A DNA stretch of 64,000 nucleotides from Acutalibacteraceae bacterium (GCA_045544115.1 JAZPYI010000045.1:26850-90849); one strand, 5' to 3'. Positions 48,051-61,760 are shown, counted from the first letter of the stretch. Notes: generated by a model not told the origin, from the sequence alone. Numbers and translations: made by a program.

Positions 48051-48078
48051 AGATTTTTACCTCCGAAAAAGCGATGGA

Positions 48079-48573
48079 TTATTTATTGAATTTTTCTTCA
48101 ATCTTTGCATTTGCAGCAAGAACCTTTTCGGTTGCGGCTGCTCTTGCGGCTGCGAGCTTCTGAGCAAGCTCGTCATCCGATACTGCAAGAATCTGTATAG
48201 ACAACAAAGCGGCATTAACTGCACCGTCTATAGCAACCGTTGCAACAGGAATGCCTGCGGGCATCTGTACGGTTGAAAGAAGTGCGTCCATGCCGTCAAG
48301 TGTAGATGATTTTACGGGTATACCGATAACAGGGAGGGTTGTATTGGCTGCAACTGCCCCTGCAAGATGTGCCGCCTTACCTGCGGCTGCAATAATTGCG
48401 CCGAAGCCGTTGTTCTTTGCGTTCTGTGCAAAATCCTTGGACTGCTCGGGTGTTCTGTGAGCCGAATAAACGTGAACCTCATAAGGCACACCGTATTCCG
48501 CAAGGGTGTTTATTGCTTTTTCAACAACAGGCAAATCGCTGTCGCTTCCCATGATAATTCCGACTTTTTTCAT
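48079..48573 (-). CDS. purE: N5-CAIR mutase
   Basis: [35 protein letters not shown]. Confidence 0.96.
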   Translation of the reverse strand: MKKVGIIMGSDSDLPVVEKAINTLAEYGVPYEVHVYSAHRTPEQSKDFAQNAKNNGFGAIIAAAGKAAHLAGAVAANTTLPVIGIPVKSSTLDGMDALLSTVQMPAGIPVATVAIDGAVNAALLSIQILAVSDDELAQKLAAARAAATEKVLAANAKIEEKFNK

Positions 48574-48779
48574 GGTAATCCTCCTTTTACTGATACTATA
48601 AGTGATTATACTATATATTAATATATATTTTCAAGAGTTTGTACAGTAAAATTTATATAAATATAATACATTTATTTTGTAATTCTCGCCAAAAGAAAAT
48701 ATCAGCATTGACAAACCTTTTTGATACATGATAAAATGTTTTTTAATCGGTAAAAATTATTTTTCTCGGAGGAAATAAA

Positions 48780-49361
48780 ATGTCTTTGACAGAGCTTTTT
48801 ATTATAGCCGTCGGTCTTTCGATGGATGCCTTTGCAGTTGCAATTTGCAAGGGTCTGTCCGTTAAAAAAGCAGGAATAAAAGAAATGGCAAAGGCGGGTC
48901 TGTGGTTCGGCGGGTTTCAGGCACTCATGCCTGCAATAGGATATTTTCTCGGCTCAACCTTTGAAGAATACATAACCAAAATTGATCACTGGGTTGCATT
49001 TATTCTTCTCGGAATAATCGGCGCAAACATGATTAAGGAATCCCTTTCCAAAGAAGAGGAATGCAGCTGCGAAAAATCGGAAAACTCCATGAATATCAAG
49101 GAAATGCTTACACTTGCCGTTGCAACGAGCATTGATGCGCTTGCGGTGGGAATAACCTTTGCGCTTCTCCCCGATGTCAACATCGGTGCGGCAGTCGGTT
49201 TTATCGGAGTTATTACATTTACACTTTCGGCTGTCGGTATCAAAATAGGCAACATTTTCGGAATCAAATTCAAGTCCAAGGCGGAATTTGCCGGCGGACT
49301 TATCCTTATTCTTATGGGACTCAAGATTTTGCTTGAGCATCTGGGTATAATTAATTTTTAG
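48780..49361 (+). CDS. mntP: manganese efflux pump MntP family
   Basis: [27 protein letters not shown]. Confidence 0.9.
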   Translation: MSLTELFIIAVGLSMDAFAVAICKGLSVKKAGIKEMAKAGLWFGGFQALMPAIGYFLGSTFEEYITKIDHWVAFILLGIIGANMIKESLSKEEECSCEKSENSMNIKEMLTLAVATSIDALAVGITFALLPDVNIGAAVGFIGVITFTLSAVGIKIGNIFGIKFKSKAEFAGGLILILMGLKILLEHLGIINF

Positions 49362-49404
49362 TGAAAAATAAAAACGAAAAGTGAAGAGTTGAGGAAGTGA
49401 TATT

Positions 49405-49992
49405 ATGCCCCGCAAAGACTCACGCAACACAAAAATGAAGATAGTCAATGCCGCATGGGAGCTGTTTTATGAGAACGGCTATGAAAACACAACCATCGAG
49501 GATATCGTTGAACGTTCCGAAACCTCGAAAGGCTCTTTTTATCACCATTTCAGCGGCAAGGATGCCCTCCTTTCAACTCTTTCATATCTTTTCGATGATA
49601 AATATGAAATGCTCGAGGGAGATATCGACCTTGACGGCGATGCGTTTCAGACTCTCATTGACCTCAACAAAGAGCTGTTTTTTATGATTGAAAACCGTGT
49701 TTCCATTGACCTGCTTGCAAGAATGTATTCAACGCAGCTTATCACCACGGGCGAAAAGCATCTGATGGATAATAACAGAACCTACTTTAAACTCCTGCGC
49801 AAAATCATATCAAAGGGTCAGCAAAACGGCATACTCCGTTCGGATGTTTCTACAAACGAAATTCTTAAGGCATATGCGCTTTTTGAAAGAGCTTTGCTCT
49901 ATGATTGGTGCCTTTGCAACGGCAACTACTCCCTCTGCAATTATTCGCAGACGTTGCTGCCGATGTTCCTTGACGGGTTCAGGGTGAAATAA
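49405..49992 (+). CDS. TetR/AcrR family transcriptional regulator
   Basis: AAWELF...GYE.TT..DI......SKGSFYHHF HTH. Confidence 0.9.
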   Translation: MPRKDSRNTKMKIVNAAWELFYENGYENTTIEDIVERSETSKGSFYHHFSGKDALLSTLSYLFDDKYEMLEGDIDLDGDAFQTLIDLNKELFFMIENRVSIDLLARMYSTQLITTGEKHLMDNNRTYFKLLRKIISKGQQNGILRSDVSTNEILKAYALFERALLYDWCLCNGNYSLCNYSQTLLPMFLDGFRVK

Positions 49993-50002
49993 TTTGCTTT
50001 TC

Positions 50003-50031
50003 AGGGGTCGATGCCTTCATCGACCCTTTTT
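50003..50031 (+). terminator. terminator after tetR
   Basis: aggggtcgatg/catcgaccctt plus T tract. Confidence 0.7.
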
Positions 50032-50230
50032 GATTTTTAAGAGTCTTTTTTTATTTGAATTTTTGGTATAATATTTTGTTCTGTTTAAAAGTCTTGATAT
50101 TTCAGGACTTTTTCTTTTTTATTGTATTTTAGTATGAACTAAATTCTGTAATTCAGTCTGTATTGCATATATGTTAATTTTCTGTTAATATATCGGATAC
50201 AGTATTTTCCAAGAAAGGATTTTGATAATT

Positions 50231-51727
50231 ATGACACCTCAGATTGCGGCATTTATAGTTTACTTTGCCACGGTTCTCGCAATCGGTCTTGTTTTCTTCT
50301 TCAAATCGAAGGGAACAGGCGAAAAAGATTACTTCCTCGGCGGACGTTCAATGGGTCCCTGGGTAACAGCTCTCAGTGCACAGGCATCCGACATGAGCGG
50401 ATGGCTTCTTATGGGCTTCCCCGGCAGCATTCTTGCTTTCGGCATGGGTCAGGTATGGATCGGTATCGGTCTTGCACTCGGCACAGCAGCCAACTGGATT
50501 TTTATTGCACGCAGACTTCGTAAATTCTCACAGGCTGCAAACGATTCAATCACCGTTCCGCAGTATCTTTCAAACAGATTTCTCACCAAAAGCCCCGCTT
50601 TGCAGATAATCTGCGCGGTTGTTTTCCTTGTATTCTTCACCATTTATGTTGCATCAAGCTTTGTTGCAGGTCAGAAGGTTTTCATTCAGGTTGTTCCTCA
50701 GCTTGAAAGCAATCCCAACCTTGCACTTCTTATTTTTGCGGCAATTATCATCGTTTATACTTTCCTCGGCGGATTCAAGGCTGTTTGCTGGACAGACTTC
50801 TTCCAGGGTCTTATGATGCTTGCAGCTCTTCTTGCAGTTCCCCTTGTTCTTGTTTTTGTAAAAGACCTTGACTACAGTGTATTTGAAGCAGTTGAAGGCG
50901 GTGTTAATCCCCTCAATCCCTTCGCAGCAAGCTGGCAGGATATAGCCTCAGGTCTTGCATGGGGTCTCGGCTACTTCGGTATGCCCCACATCATCGTAAG
51001 ATTCATGTCCACAAAGAATGCAAAGGTTCTCAAGAAATCAGCAACAATCGGCATCGTATGGGTTGTTCTTTCACTCGGCGCAGCTATCGCAATGGCTCTC
51101 CTCGGCAGAGGCTACGCAGCAACTCAAGCCCTCGTTGACGCAGGTCAGCAGGAGCTTGTTTTTGTAACCCTTGTTCAGGATATCTTTAATGGTCCTTGGG
51201 CATTCGTTGCAGGTCTTCTTCTCGCCGCTATCGTTGCCGCCGCAATGAGTACCGCTGACTCACAGCTCCTTGTTGCTTCCTCGTCCTTCACAAGCGATAT
51301 TTATAAGCCCATCTTCCGCAAGAAGGCTTCCGATAAAGAAGTCCTCTGGGTAGGCAGAATCGTTGTTCTTGTTATCGCCATTGTTGCTTATTTCATCGCA
51401 AGCAGCAAATCGGAAGGCGCAGCAAGCATTATGACCCTCGTTGATAACGCATGGGGCGGCTTCGGCTCGGCATTCGGTCCCGTTATCATTCTCTCACTCT
51501 TCTGGAAGAGATTTACATACAAGGGTGCTATCGCAGGTGTTGTCGGCGGTGCGATTGTTGACGTCCTTTGGATGAATTTCCTCACAGATTCCACAGGTAT
51601 TTACGAGCTTCTTCCCGGTTTCGCTGCAGGCTTGATTTTTGCAGTTGTCGTTTCACTCATCGACAAGAAGCCCTCCAAGGAAGTTGAAGAACTCTATGAC
51701 CTTGCAGTAAGCTCTGAAATCGAATAA
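50231..51727 (+). CDS. putP: sodium:proline symporter (SSS family)
   Basis: DYFLGGRSMGPWVTALSAQASDMSGW, AVCWTD.FQG, LGYFGMPHI..RFM, MSTADSQLL. Confidence 0.9.
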   Translation: MTPQIAAFIVYFATVLAIGLVFFFKSKGTGEKDYFLGGRSMGPWVTALSAQASDMSGWLLMGFPGSILAFGMGQVWIGIGLALGTAANWIFIARRLRKFSQAANDSITVPQYLSNRFLTKSPALQIICAVVFLVFFTIYVASSFVAGQKVFIQVVPQLESNPNLALLIFAAIIIVYTFLGGFKAVCWTDFFQGLMMLAALLAVPLVLVFVKDLDYSVFEAVEGGVNPLNPFAASWQDIASGLAWGLGYFGMPHIIVRFMSTKNAKVLKKSATIGIVWVVLSLGAAIAMALLGRGYAATQALVDAGQQELVFVTLVQDIFNGPWAFVAGLLLAAIVAAAMSTADSQLLVASSSFTSDIYKPIFRKKASDKEVLWVGRIVVLVIAIVAYFIASSKSEGAASIMTLVDNAWGGFGSAFGPVIILSLFWKRFTYKGAIAGVVGGAIVDVLWMNFLTDSTGIYELLPGFAAGLIFAVVVSLIDKKPSKEVEELYDLAVSSEIE

Positions 51728-51741
51728 TAATGTGAAAATTT

Positions 51742-51773
51742 ACCGCCGCAACCGATTGGCTGCGGCGGTTTTA
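51742..51773. terminator. bidirectional terminator
   Basis: accgccgca/tgcggcggt IR plus T tract. Confidence 0.7.
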
Positions 51774-51833
51774 TTTGTATTCGCATACTAAGGATTACAT
51801 CGTAATTCACTTTCGGGCGGATAATATCCTCCC

Positions 51834-52022
51834 CTACCGTCTTAATATAAACACACCTGCTTCTTGCTCCTCAAGATCATCCAAAGCATATTTACAGCAC
51901 TGTATAACAAGCTGATTAAGTGAAATCTCTTTAGACTGAGCAAGCACTTCCATTTCCTTTATCATTTCAACCGGCATACGAAAAGTCTTGTTTATATATT
52001 CCTGCTTCTTCACTTTAAACAA
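51834..52022 (-). CDS. small ribbon-helix-helix protein (HicB-like/Arc-type)
   Basis: KTFRMP.EM...M..LA....ISLNQLV RHH pattern; gaggtg RBS before TTG 52022. Confidence 0.7.
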   Translation of the reverse strand: MFKVKKQEYINKTFRMPVEMIKEMEVLAQSKEISLNQLVIQCCKYALDDLEEQEAGVFILRR

Positions 52023-52164
52023 CCGAATCACCTCTGACTATATTTTACTATACTTTTCGGTTGTTATATATACTGCAAAATTGCACTTAAATTATTATTG
52101 TAAATTACACTTTTGTTATAATCTGTTCCCCCAGCCCCATGGACAGCTTTTTCAATAAACCTAA

Positions 52165-52193
52165 AACAACCCGCCGAAAATCGGCGGGTTGTT
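52165..52193. repeat. palindromic terminator element, copy 2 (after argS)
   Basis: aacaacccgccgaaaatcggcgggttgtt. Confidence 0.65.
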
Positions 52194-52197
52194 GATT

Positions 52198-53943
52198 TTA
52201 CATGCTTTCGGGAACGTTAATACGGAACATCGTAAGGATATTTTTAAGAACATTTCTCACGCAAAGGCAGAGGCTGAGTCTTGCCTGCATAAGAGCTTCA
52301 TCCTCGCAGTTAACACGGCATGCGTTATAGAACTTATGGAAAAGAGTTGCAAGGTCAACGGCATAACGTGTAATCTTTGCGGGGTCATAATTCTTTGCGG
52401 AGTTAATAATTTCATCGGTAAGAGAAGCAAGATGTCTGATAAGCTCCTTTTCCTCAGGTGCGGTAAGAAGCGCAAGCTCGGGAATGCTGCATTCTCTCTG
52501 CTGCTTGCCCTCGCCCTCAAGCTTTTTGAGGATACTGCAGATTCTTGCATGGGCATACTGGCAGTAATAAACGGGATTCTGTGAGCTCTGTTCAACGGCA
52601 AGGTCAAGGTCGAAGTCCATCTTTGAGCCGGGATCTCTCATATTAAAGAGGAAACGCACCGCATCAATGGGGATTTCTTCAAGCAAATCAACAAGAGTAA
52701 TCGCCTTGCCCGAGCGCTTGCTCATACGGACAACCTCGCCGTCACGGGTAAGATTTACAAGCTGCATAAGAACGATATCAAGGTTATCTCCGCTGCAGCC
52801 GATGGCATCGAGTGCACCCTTCATTCTTGCAACGTGACCGTGGTGGTCTGCACCCCATACGTCAATGGCTCTGTCAAAGCCCCTTATCGCAAGCTTATTG
52901 CGGTGGTAAGCGATGTCTGCGGCAAAATATGTGGGGTTGCCGTTGGTTCTGATAAGAACCTCGTCCTTAAGCTCAAGACGTTCGATTTCTTCGGGAGTTT
53001 TGCCCTCTTTTGCAAGCCTTGCACCGAGAACCTCTTTGTTCTTATACCAAAGAGCGCCGTCCTTTTCGTAGGTAAGACCTTTATCCTTCATTATGTTGAG
53101 GGTTTCCTCAAGCTCGCCGTTGTTATGGAGAGTGCTTTCAAGGAACCATGTATCGTATTCAATGCGGTATTTACCGAGATTTTCCTTCATTGCGGCAATA
53201 TTCTTGGGAAGTGCATAGGCAACAAGAGCCTTCCTGCGCTCTGCCTCGGGTGCATCGAGATATTTGTCGCCGTTGATTTCGGCAAATTCCTTTGCGCGCT
53301 GAATGATATCCTCGCCGTGATAGCTGTCCTCAGGAAGCTCTACGGCATCTTCGCCTTTATAAAGCTGCTGATATCTGATATCGAGTGAAAGACCGAATTT
53401 GTCTATCTGGTTGCCCGCATCGTTAACATAAAATTCACGGCTTACGCTGTAGCCTGCAAAATCCATAACCGCAGCAAGGCAGTCACCAAGTGCGCCGCCT
53501 CTTGCGTTACCCATATGCATGGGTCCTGTGGGGTTTGCCGAAACAAATTCAATATTAATCTTCTTGCCTGCACCGTAATCGGAGCGACCGTAAGCATCGC
53601 CTTTTTCAAGGATATCCTGAATAATGCAGGCATTGAAGCTCTCCTTGAGATAGAAATTCATGAAGCCGGGACCTGCAATTTCACATCTGTCAACAAATGT
53701 ATCGCAAAGCTCAAGTCTATCAACGATTGTCTGTGCAATTTTGCGGGGTGCGCTCTTCAAATCCCTTGCCCATGCCATGGCAGCATTCGACGAATAATCG
53801 CCGTTTTCCTTGTTGGCGGGAACCTCGATAATAAAATCGCTTAAAGGCACTTCGGGAAACTCGCCGTCTGCAACAGCTCTTCCCGCCGCCTCGATAATTG
53901 CATTGCGGATTTCATTGATTGCCTGTTTAACGAGAACTGACAT
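52198..53943 (-). CDS. argS: arginine-tRNA ligase
   Basis: EFVSANPTGPMHMGNAR, WGADHHGH, MSKRSG, YCQYAHAR; aggagg RBS before ATG 53943. Confidence 0.96.
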   Translation of the reverse strand: MSVLVKQAINEIRNAIIEAAGRAVADGEFPEVPLSDFIIEVPANKENGDYSSNAAMAWARDLKSAPRKIAQTIVDRLELCDTFVDRCEIAGPGFMNFYLKESFNACIIQDILEKGDAYGRSDYGAGKKINIEFVSANPTGPMHMGNARGGALGDCLAAVMDFAGYSVSREFYVNDAGNQIDKFGLSLDIRYQQLYKGEDAVELPEDSYHGEDIIQRAKEFAEINGDKYLDAPEAERRKALVAYALPKNIAAMKENLGKYRIEYDTWFLESTLHNNGELEETLNIMKDKGLTYEKDGALWYKNKEVLGARLAKEGKTPEEIERLELKDEVLIRTNGNPTYFAADIAYHRNKLAIRGFDRAIDVWGADHHGHVARMKGALDAIGCSGDNLDIVLMQLVNLTRDGEVVRMSKRSGKAITLVDLLEEIPIDAVRFLFNMRDPGSKMDFDLDLAVEQSSQNPVYYCQYAHARICSILKKLEGEGKQQRECSIPELALLTAPEEKELIRHLASLTDEIINSAKNYDPAKITRYAVDLATLFHKFYNACRVNCEDEALMQARLSLCLCVRNVLKNILTMFRINVPESM

Positions 53944-53947
53944 TTTA

Positions 53948-54370
53948 TTATTCCTCCTTAGGTGTAACGGCAACGGTAAGCTCGTTTTCCGAAGCCGGAG
54001 TATTGTTGAAATCAATTGTGTAAGAAAAATTGAGTATACCGCCGTTTTCCGTCATATCATTCGATATGCTCTTTGCGTAAATCCCCATAATCAGCTCACC
54101 GTAGGGTGTCTGATAAAAGCAGCTGTGGCGGCGGTCCTTTTCAATTATCATTTCGGTGTTATATTTACCCGCGCGGGTCATGGAAATCTTCGTTGAGCCT
54201 TCAACATCAAGGGTTGTAACGCAGTTGTCCAGTTCCTCGTCGGTTTCGGAGTAAACAACCCTGCAGCCGTTTTCCGTAACATCAAACTCGCCCGAGGTGG
54301 TAAGCTCGCACTCGTATTCTTCGCCGTCCTGAACATGACGGTCCGTGATTTTAATAATAGCTTTTTTCAT
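53948..54370 (-). CDS. DUF1934 family beta-barrel protein
   Basis: Beta-rich; Y.E, M.R.G, Y.TPYG motifs; usual argS neighbour. Confidence 0.8.
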   Translation of the reverse strand: MKKAIIKITDRHVQDGEEYECELTTSGEFDVTENGCRVVYSETDEELDNCVTTLDVEGSTKISMTRAGKYNTEMIIEKDRRHSCFYQTPYGELIMGIYAKSISNDMTENGGILNFSYTIDFNNTPASENELTVAVTPKEE

Positions 54371-54374
54371 AGTC

Positions 54375-55439
54375 TTATCTTTCCAATGCCAAATTTATCA
54401 ATTTATCAAGCAGCTCCGCATAGGGTACTCCCGAGGCGGCAAAAAGCTTGGGATACATACTTATCGAGGTGAAGCCGGGGATTGTGTTCGGCTCGTTGAG
54501 CATAATCTCATTATCGCCTTCTCTTACAAAGAAACCAACTCTTGTGAAGCCCTCACAGCCGAGTGCTCTGTAAGCTCTGACCGCCTGAGCCTGAACGGCT
54601 TTGAGCATATCGTCCGAAAGCCTTGCGGGAATATGAAGCTCGCTTTCGTTTGCAAGATATTTTGCATCGTAATCGTAAAATTCGTTGCAGGGTACAACCT
54701 CACCGACCACCGATGCAACAGGATTTTCGTTACCCATAACGGCAACCTCAACCTCTTTGCCGATGATTCCTTCTTCAAGGACAAGTTTTTTATCGTGTAC
54801 AAATGCCTTTTCGCAGGCTTTTTCAAGCTCCTCAACATTCTTTGCCTTGCTGATGCCGACAGATGAGCCTGCATTTGCGGGTTTAACAAAAATCGGATAG
54901 CCGAGCTTCTCACCTGCATTTGCCAATAATGCGGCTTTATCCGCCGAATAAGCATATTTATCGAAGGCAACCCATTTTGCCTGGGGTATGCCGTAAAAGT
55001 CCGCCAGCGCGTTTGTGACGGCTTTATCCATGCATGCAGAGCTTGCTGCCGTGCCGCAGCCTACATAAGGAATGCCTGCTATCTCCAAAAGACCCTGCAT
55101 TGTACCGTCCTCGCCGTTTTTTCCGTGAAGCACGGGAAAAACAACATCAACTCTTTCGATTTCAGCCTTACCGTTACCGTATCTGATAATGCCGTGATGC
55201 GCTCTGTCACATGAAATAACAGCCGATTCAAGATTTTCTTTATCTTCAAGCCACTTTCCGTCGGGAAGCATATCGGGCGAGCCGTTATAGATATAGAACA
55301 CACCCTCTTTTGTGATTCCCATGGGGATAACATCATACTTATCGGCAGGGATATTCTTGATTACGGATGATGCCGACTGAAGCGAAACATCATGCTCGCT
55401 TGATACACCGCCAAAAAGAACAAGAACCTTTTTCTTCAT
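54375..55439 (-). CDS. ddl: D-alanine-D-alanine ligase (carries Asp257->Gly)
   Basis: FGG.SSEHDVS, LHG..GEDG..QG, KPA..GSS.G, FYDYDAKY, E.NTIPG. Confidence 0.92.
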   Translation of the reverse strand: MKKKVLVLFGGVSSEHDVSLQSASSVIKNIPADKYDVIPMGITKEGVFYIYNGSPDMLPDGKWLEDKENLESAVISCDRAHHGIIRYGNGKAEIERVDVVFPVLHGKNGEDGTMQGLLEIAGIPYVGCGTAASSACMDKAVTNALADFYGIPQAKWVAFDKYAYSADKAALLANAGEKLGYPIFVKPANAGSSVGISKAKNVEELEKACEKAFVHDKKLVLEEGIIGKEVEVAVMGNENPVASVVGEVVPCNEFYDYDAKYLANESELHIPARLSDDMLKAVQAQAVRAYRALGCEGFTRVGFFVREGDNEIMLNEPNTIPGFTSISMYPKLFAASGVPYAELLDKLINLALER

Positions 55440-55785
55440 TTACAATCGCTCCTAACGCACAAAATCCCATTTTAACTTTTTAATGATAACATAACATAAA
55501 AAAATAGTCAACAAATACCGTAAGGTCATTTTGTACAATAATATTATGCCTGCACGGCATTTATATCCGCAATTTGCAAGGAACAGGACCTCCCTGCAGG
55601 GTCAATGCAGGCATCAACCTTTACCTATTTAAGATATAGCTATACTATATCTTTATAGAAATATTTAATTTATTTATAAATATATAGGGTATATTTCTTT
55701 TTCGGAAATATAAATTCTTTTTTGCATGATATAATACAAAAGATTAAAATGGTTAAAAATTTGATTTCGGCAAAGGAGATTTATT

Positions 55786-58690
<2,905 letters not shown>

Positions 58691-58713
58691 TTATAAGAAA
58701 GGACTGATTTAAC

Positions 58714-61215
58714 ATGAGTTTTGGTGACGCAAGAGATACCCAGAAAATTATAAATGTTGACCTCAACAAAGAAGTACGTCAGGCTTTTCTTGACTATTCA
58801 ATGTCGGTTATCACATCCCGTGCTCTTCCCGATGTAAGAGACGGTCTTAAACCCGTTCACAGAAGAATACTTTACACAATGCACGAAAACGGACTTACTC
58901 CCGACAAGGCATACAGAAAGTGCGCCGATACCGTCGGTTCCGTTCTCGGACGTTATCATCCCCACGGTGACGCATCGGTTTATGATGCAATGGTTCGTCT
59001 TGCCCAGACCTTTTCAATGAGATACATTCTTGTTGACGGTCACGGTAACTTCGGTTCGGTTGACGGCGACCCCCCTGCAGCATACCGTTACACAGAGTCG
59101 AGAATGAGCAAAATGGCTCTGCGTATGCTCACCGATATCGACAAGGATACTGTTGATTTCACAACAAACTATGATGACCGTCTTAAAGAACCCGTTGTTC
59201 TTCCTTCAAGATTCCCCAACCTTCTCGTTAACGGTTCAGTAGGTATCGCCGTCGGTATGGCAACAAACATCCCTCCCCACAATCTCGGCGAGGTTATTGA
59301 CGGAATGTGTGCCATGATTGACGACCCCGACATTTCTCTTGAAGGTCTTATGGAGCACATAAAAGGACCCGATTTCCCCACAAACGGTGTTATTATGGGC
59401 AAAGCGGGCATAAGAGCCGCTTACGGCACGGGCAGAGGCAAAATCACCCTGCGTGCAAAGGCTGAAATAGTTGAAAAGAAAAACGGCAGATTTGAAATTC
59501 AGGTTACCGAAATTCCTTATATGGTCAACAAGGCAAGGCTTATCGAAAGCATTGCGGACCTTGTAAAAGAAAAGAAGATTGAAGGCATCTCCGACGTTAA
59601 TGACTACTCCTCAAAGAAAGGTATGCTCATTTCAATCGACCTTAAGAGAGATGCAAATCCGCAGGTTGTTCTCAATAAGCTTTTCAGCTTCACACAGCTT
59701 CAGACAACCTTCGGCGTTATCATGATTGCTCTCGTAAACGGTGAACCCAAGCAGCTCACTCTCAAGGAAGTTCTCGGTCACTATATCAAGTTCCAGGAAG
59801 AGGTTATCGTCCGCAGAACAAGATACGACCTCAAAAAGGCTCAGGACAGAGCGCATATCCTTGAAGGTCTTGCAAAGGCTATTGATATTGTTGACGATAT
59901 TATCGCAACAATCAGAGCCTGTAAGGGCGGACAGGCAGAGGCAAAGCAGGCTCTTATGGATAAGTTTGAGTTTGACGAGCCTCAGGCGGCGGCTATCGTA
60001 GCCTTCCGTTTAGGTCAGTTGGCAGGTCTTGAAATTCTCAAAATACAGAACGAACTCGACGAACTCAAAGCCAGAATTGCGGAGTTCCTTGATATCCTTT
60101 CGGACGAAGCAAAGGTTCTTGAAATCGTTAAAACGGAAGCAATGGCTATCCGTGATAAATTCGCAGACGAAAGAAAAACAGAAATCGTCAATGTTTCGGG
60201 CGAGGTTGATATTGAAGACCTCATTCCCGAGGAAACCTGCGTATTCACCCTCACCGATATGGGCTATATCAAGCGTATTCCCATGGATGAATACAAGCAG
60301 CAGAGAAGAGGCGGCAGAGGTGTCAAGGGTCTCACACGCAGAGACGAGGATATCGTCAAAACCATGTTCACCTGCTCGACTCACGACTACATTATGTTCT
60401 TCACCACAAAAGGTAAAACATATAGGCTTAAAGGCTATGAAATTCCCGAAGGCTCCCGTCAGAGCAGGGGCATGAATATAGTTAATCTTCTTCCCATTGA
60501 AGAAGGAGAGCGCGTTTCGGCAATGATAAGAGTACCCGAATTTGGAGAGGATAACTATTTCCTCTGTATGCTCACAAGAAACGGCATTATCAAACGCACA
60601 GAGCTTGATGCTTATAAAAATGTCCGCCGCAACGGTGTTATTGCAATCAACCTTGACGATGATGACGAGCTTGTATGGGTTAAGCTTACTCAGGGCGGCG
60701 AAAATCTCATTATTGCAACGAAGAAGGGCATGAGCATTGCTTTCCGCGAGGACGATGCAAGAGTTATCGGTCGTACCGCAAGAGGTGTTAAGGCTCTTAA
60801 GCTCAAGGAAGGCGACTGCGTAGTCGGCATGGATATCCTTTCAGAAGGCAAGAAGGTTCTTACCGTCAGCGAAACCGGCTACGGCAGACTTAGCGATATT
60901 GAAGATTACAGACTTCAGAACAGAGGCGGTTCGGGTCTTACAAACTACCATGTTGCAAAATACGGTGACGTTGCCGCAATTGAGGTTGTTGACCCTGCAG
61001 ACGACCTTATGCTCATTTCCTCGGACGGCATTATCATCAGGATTCCGCTCGAAACAGTCCGTCTTTGCGCAAGACCCTCAAAGGGTGTTCGCGTGATGAA
61101 GGTAACGGAGGGCGAAAAGCTCATTACCGTTGTTTCCGTTGCAAATGAAGGCGATGTGGAAGCCGAAGAAACCGCTGAATCTTCCGCAGAGGAAAATAAC
61201 GAACAAAATACATGA
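58714..61215 (+). CDS. gyrA: DNA gyrase subunit A
   Basis: [24 protein letters not shown] catalytic Tyr, GyrA-box QRRGGRG. Confidence 0.96.
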   Translation: MSFGDARDTQKIINVDLNKEVRQAFLDYSMSVITSRALPDVRDGLKPVHRRILYTMHENGLTPDKAYRKCADTVGSVLGRYHPHGDASVYDAMVRLAQTFSMRYILVDGHGNFGSVDGDPPAAYRYTESRMSKMALRMLTDIDKDTVDFTTNYDDRLKEPVVLPSRFPNLLVNGSVGIAVGMATNIPPHNLGEVIDGMCAMIDDPDISLEGLMEHIKGPDFPTNGVIMGKAGIRAAYGTGRGKITLRAKAEIVEKKNGRFEIQVTEIPYMVNKARLIESIADLVKEKKIEGISDVNDYSSKKGMLISIDLKRDANPQVVLNKLFSFTQLQTTFGVIMIALVNGEPKQLTLKEVLGHYIKFQEEVIVRRTRYDLKKAQDRAHILEGLAKAIDIVDDIIATIRACKGGQAEAKQALMDKFEFDEPQAAAIVAFRLGQLAGLEILKIQNELDELKARIAEFLDILSDEAKVLEIVKTEAMAIRDKFADERKTEIVNVSGEVDIEDLIPEETCVFTLTDMGYIKRIPMDEYKQQRRGGRGVKGLTRRDEDIVKTMFTCSTHDYIMFFTTKGKTYRLKGYEIPEGSRQSRGMNIVNLLPIEEGERVSAMIRVPEFGEDNYFLCMLTRNGIIKRTELDAYKNVRRNGVIAINLDDDDELVWVKLTQGGENLIIATKKGMSIAFREDDARVIGRTARGVKALKLKEGDCVVGMDILSEGKKVLTVSETGYGRLSDIEDYRLQNRGGSGLTNYHVAKYGDVAAIEVVDPADDLMLISSDGIIIRIPLETVRLCARPSKGVRVMKVTEGEKLITVVSVANEGDVEAEETAESSAEENNEQNT

Positions 61216-61306
61216 TTTTTATATAAAAAATTTTAAATAAGTACTTGTCATATCATGTAATATTTGATATTATTTTAAAAGTAAATGATATAAAGGGGAT
61301 GATTTT

Positions 61307-61714
61307 TTGAATATCGCTTTGATTGCACATGATGCAAAGAAGGAACTTATGACAGAATTTTGTATAGCTTATTGCGGAATTTTAAGCCGACATAATCTGT
61401 ACGCAACCGGAACTACAGGCAAAATCGTTGCTGAAGCTACCGGTCTTGACATTACCAGATTTTTAAGCGGTATTCAGGGCGGCGATGAGCAGATTGCATC
61501 AAGAATCGCCTGCAACGAAATCGACCTTCTTCTTATTTTCCGTGATCCTTTGACCGCAAAGCCTCACGAGCCTAACGAAGCCACGCTTCTCAGGCTGTGC
61601 GATGTACACAATGTCCCCGTTGCAACCAATATCGCAACGGCGGAAGCTCTGATTCATTCACTTGCCAGAGGAGATCTGGACTGGCGCGAAATCGTCAATC
61701 CCAAGAAGATTTGA
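61307..61714 (+). CDS. mgsA: methylglyoxal synthase
   Basis: [35 protein letters not shown]. Confidence 0.92.
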   Translation: MNIALIAHDAKKELMTEFCIAYCGILSRHNLYATGTTGKIVAEATGLDITRFLSGIQGGDEQIASRIACNEIDLLLIFRDPLTAKPHEPNEATLLRLCDVHNVPVATNIATAEALIHSLARGDLDWREIVNPKKI

Positions 61715-61760
61715 TTTAATCTTCGGAGAGGCACTCCTTCAGGCATACCTGTGATTTTTA

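Noticed and set aside
48574-48779. yybP-ykoY (Mn) riboswitch before mntP or purine riboswitch before purE
   Set aside because: The region is AT-rich and lacks the conserved aptamer cores.
54375-55439. Van-type (D-Ala-D-Lac) ligase
   Set aside because: The omega loop has the D-Ala-D-Ala Tyr signature and no vanH/X/R/S genes are adjacent.
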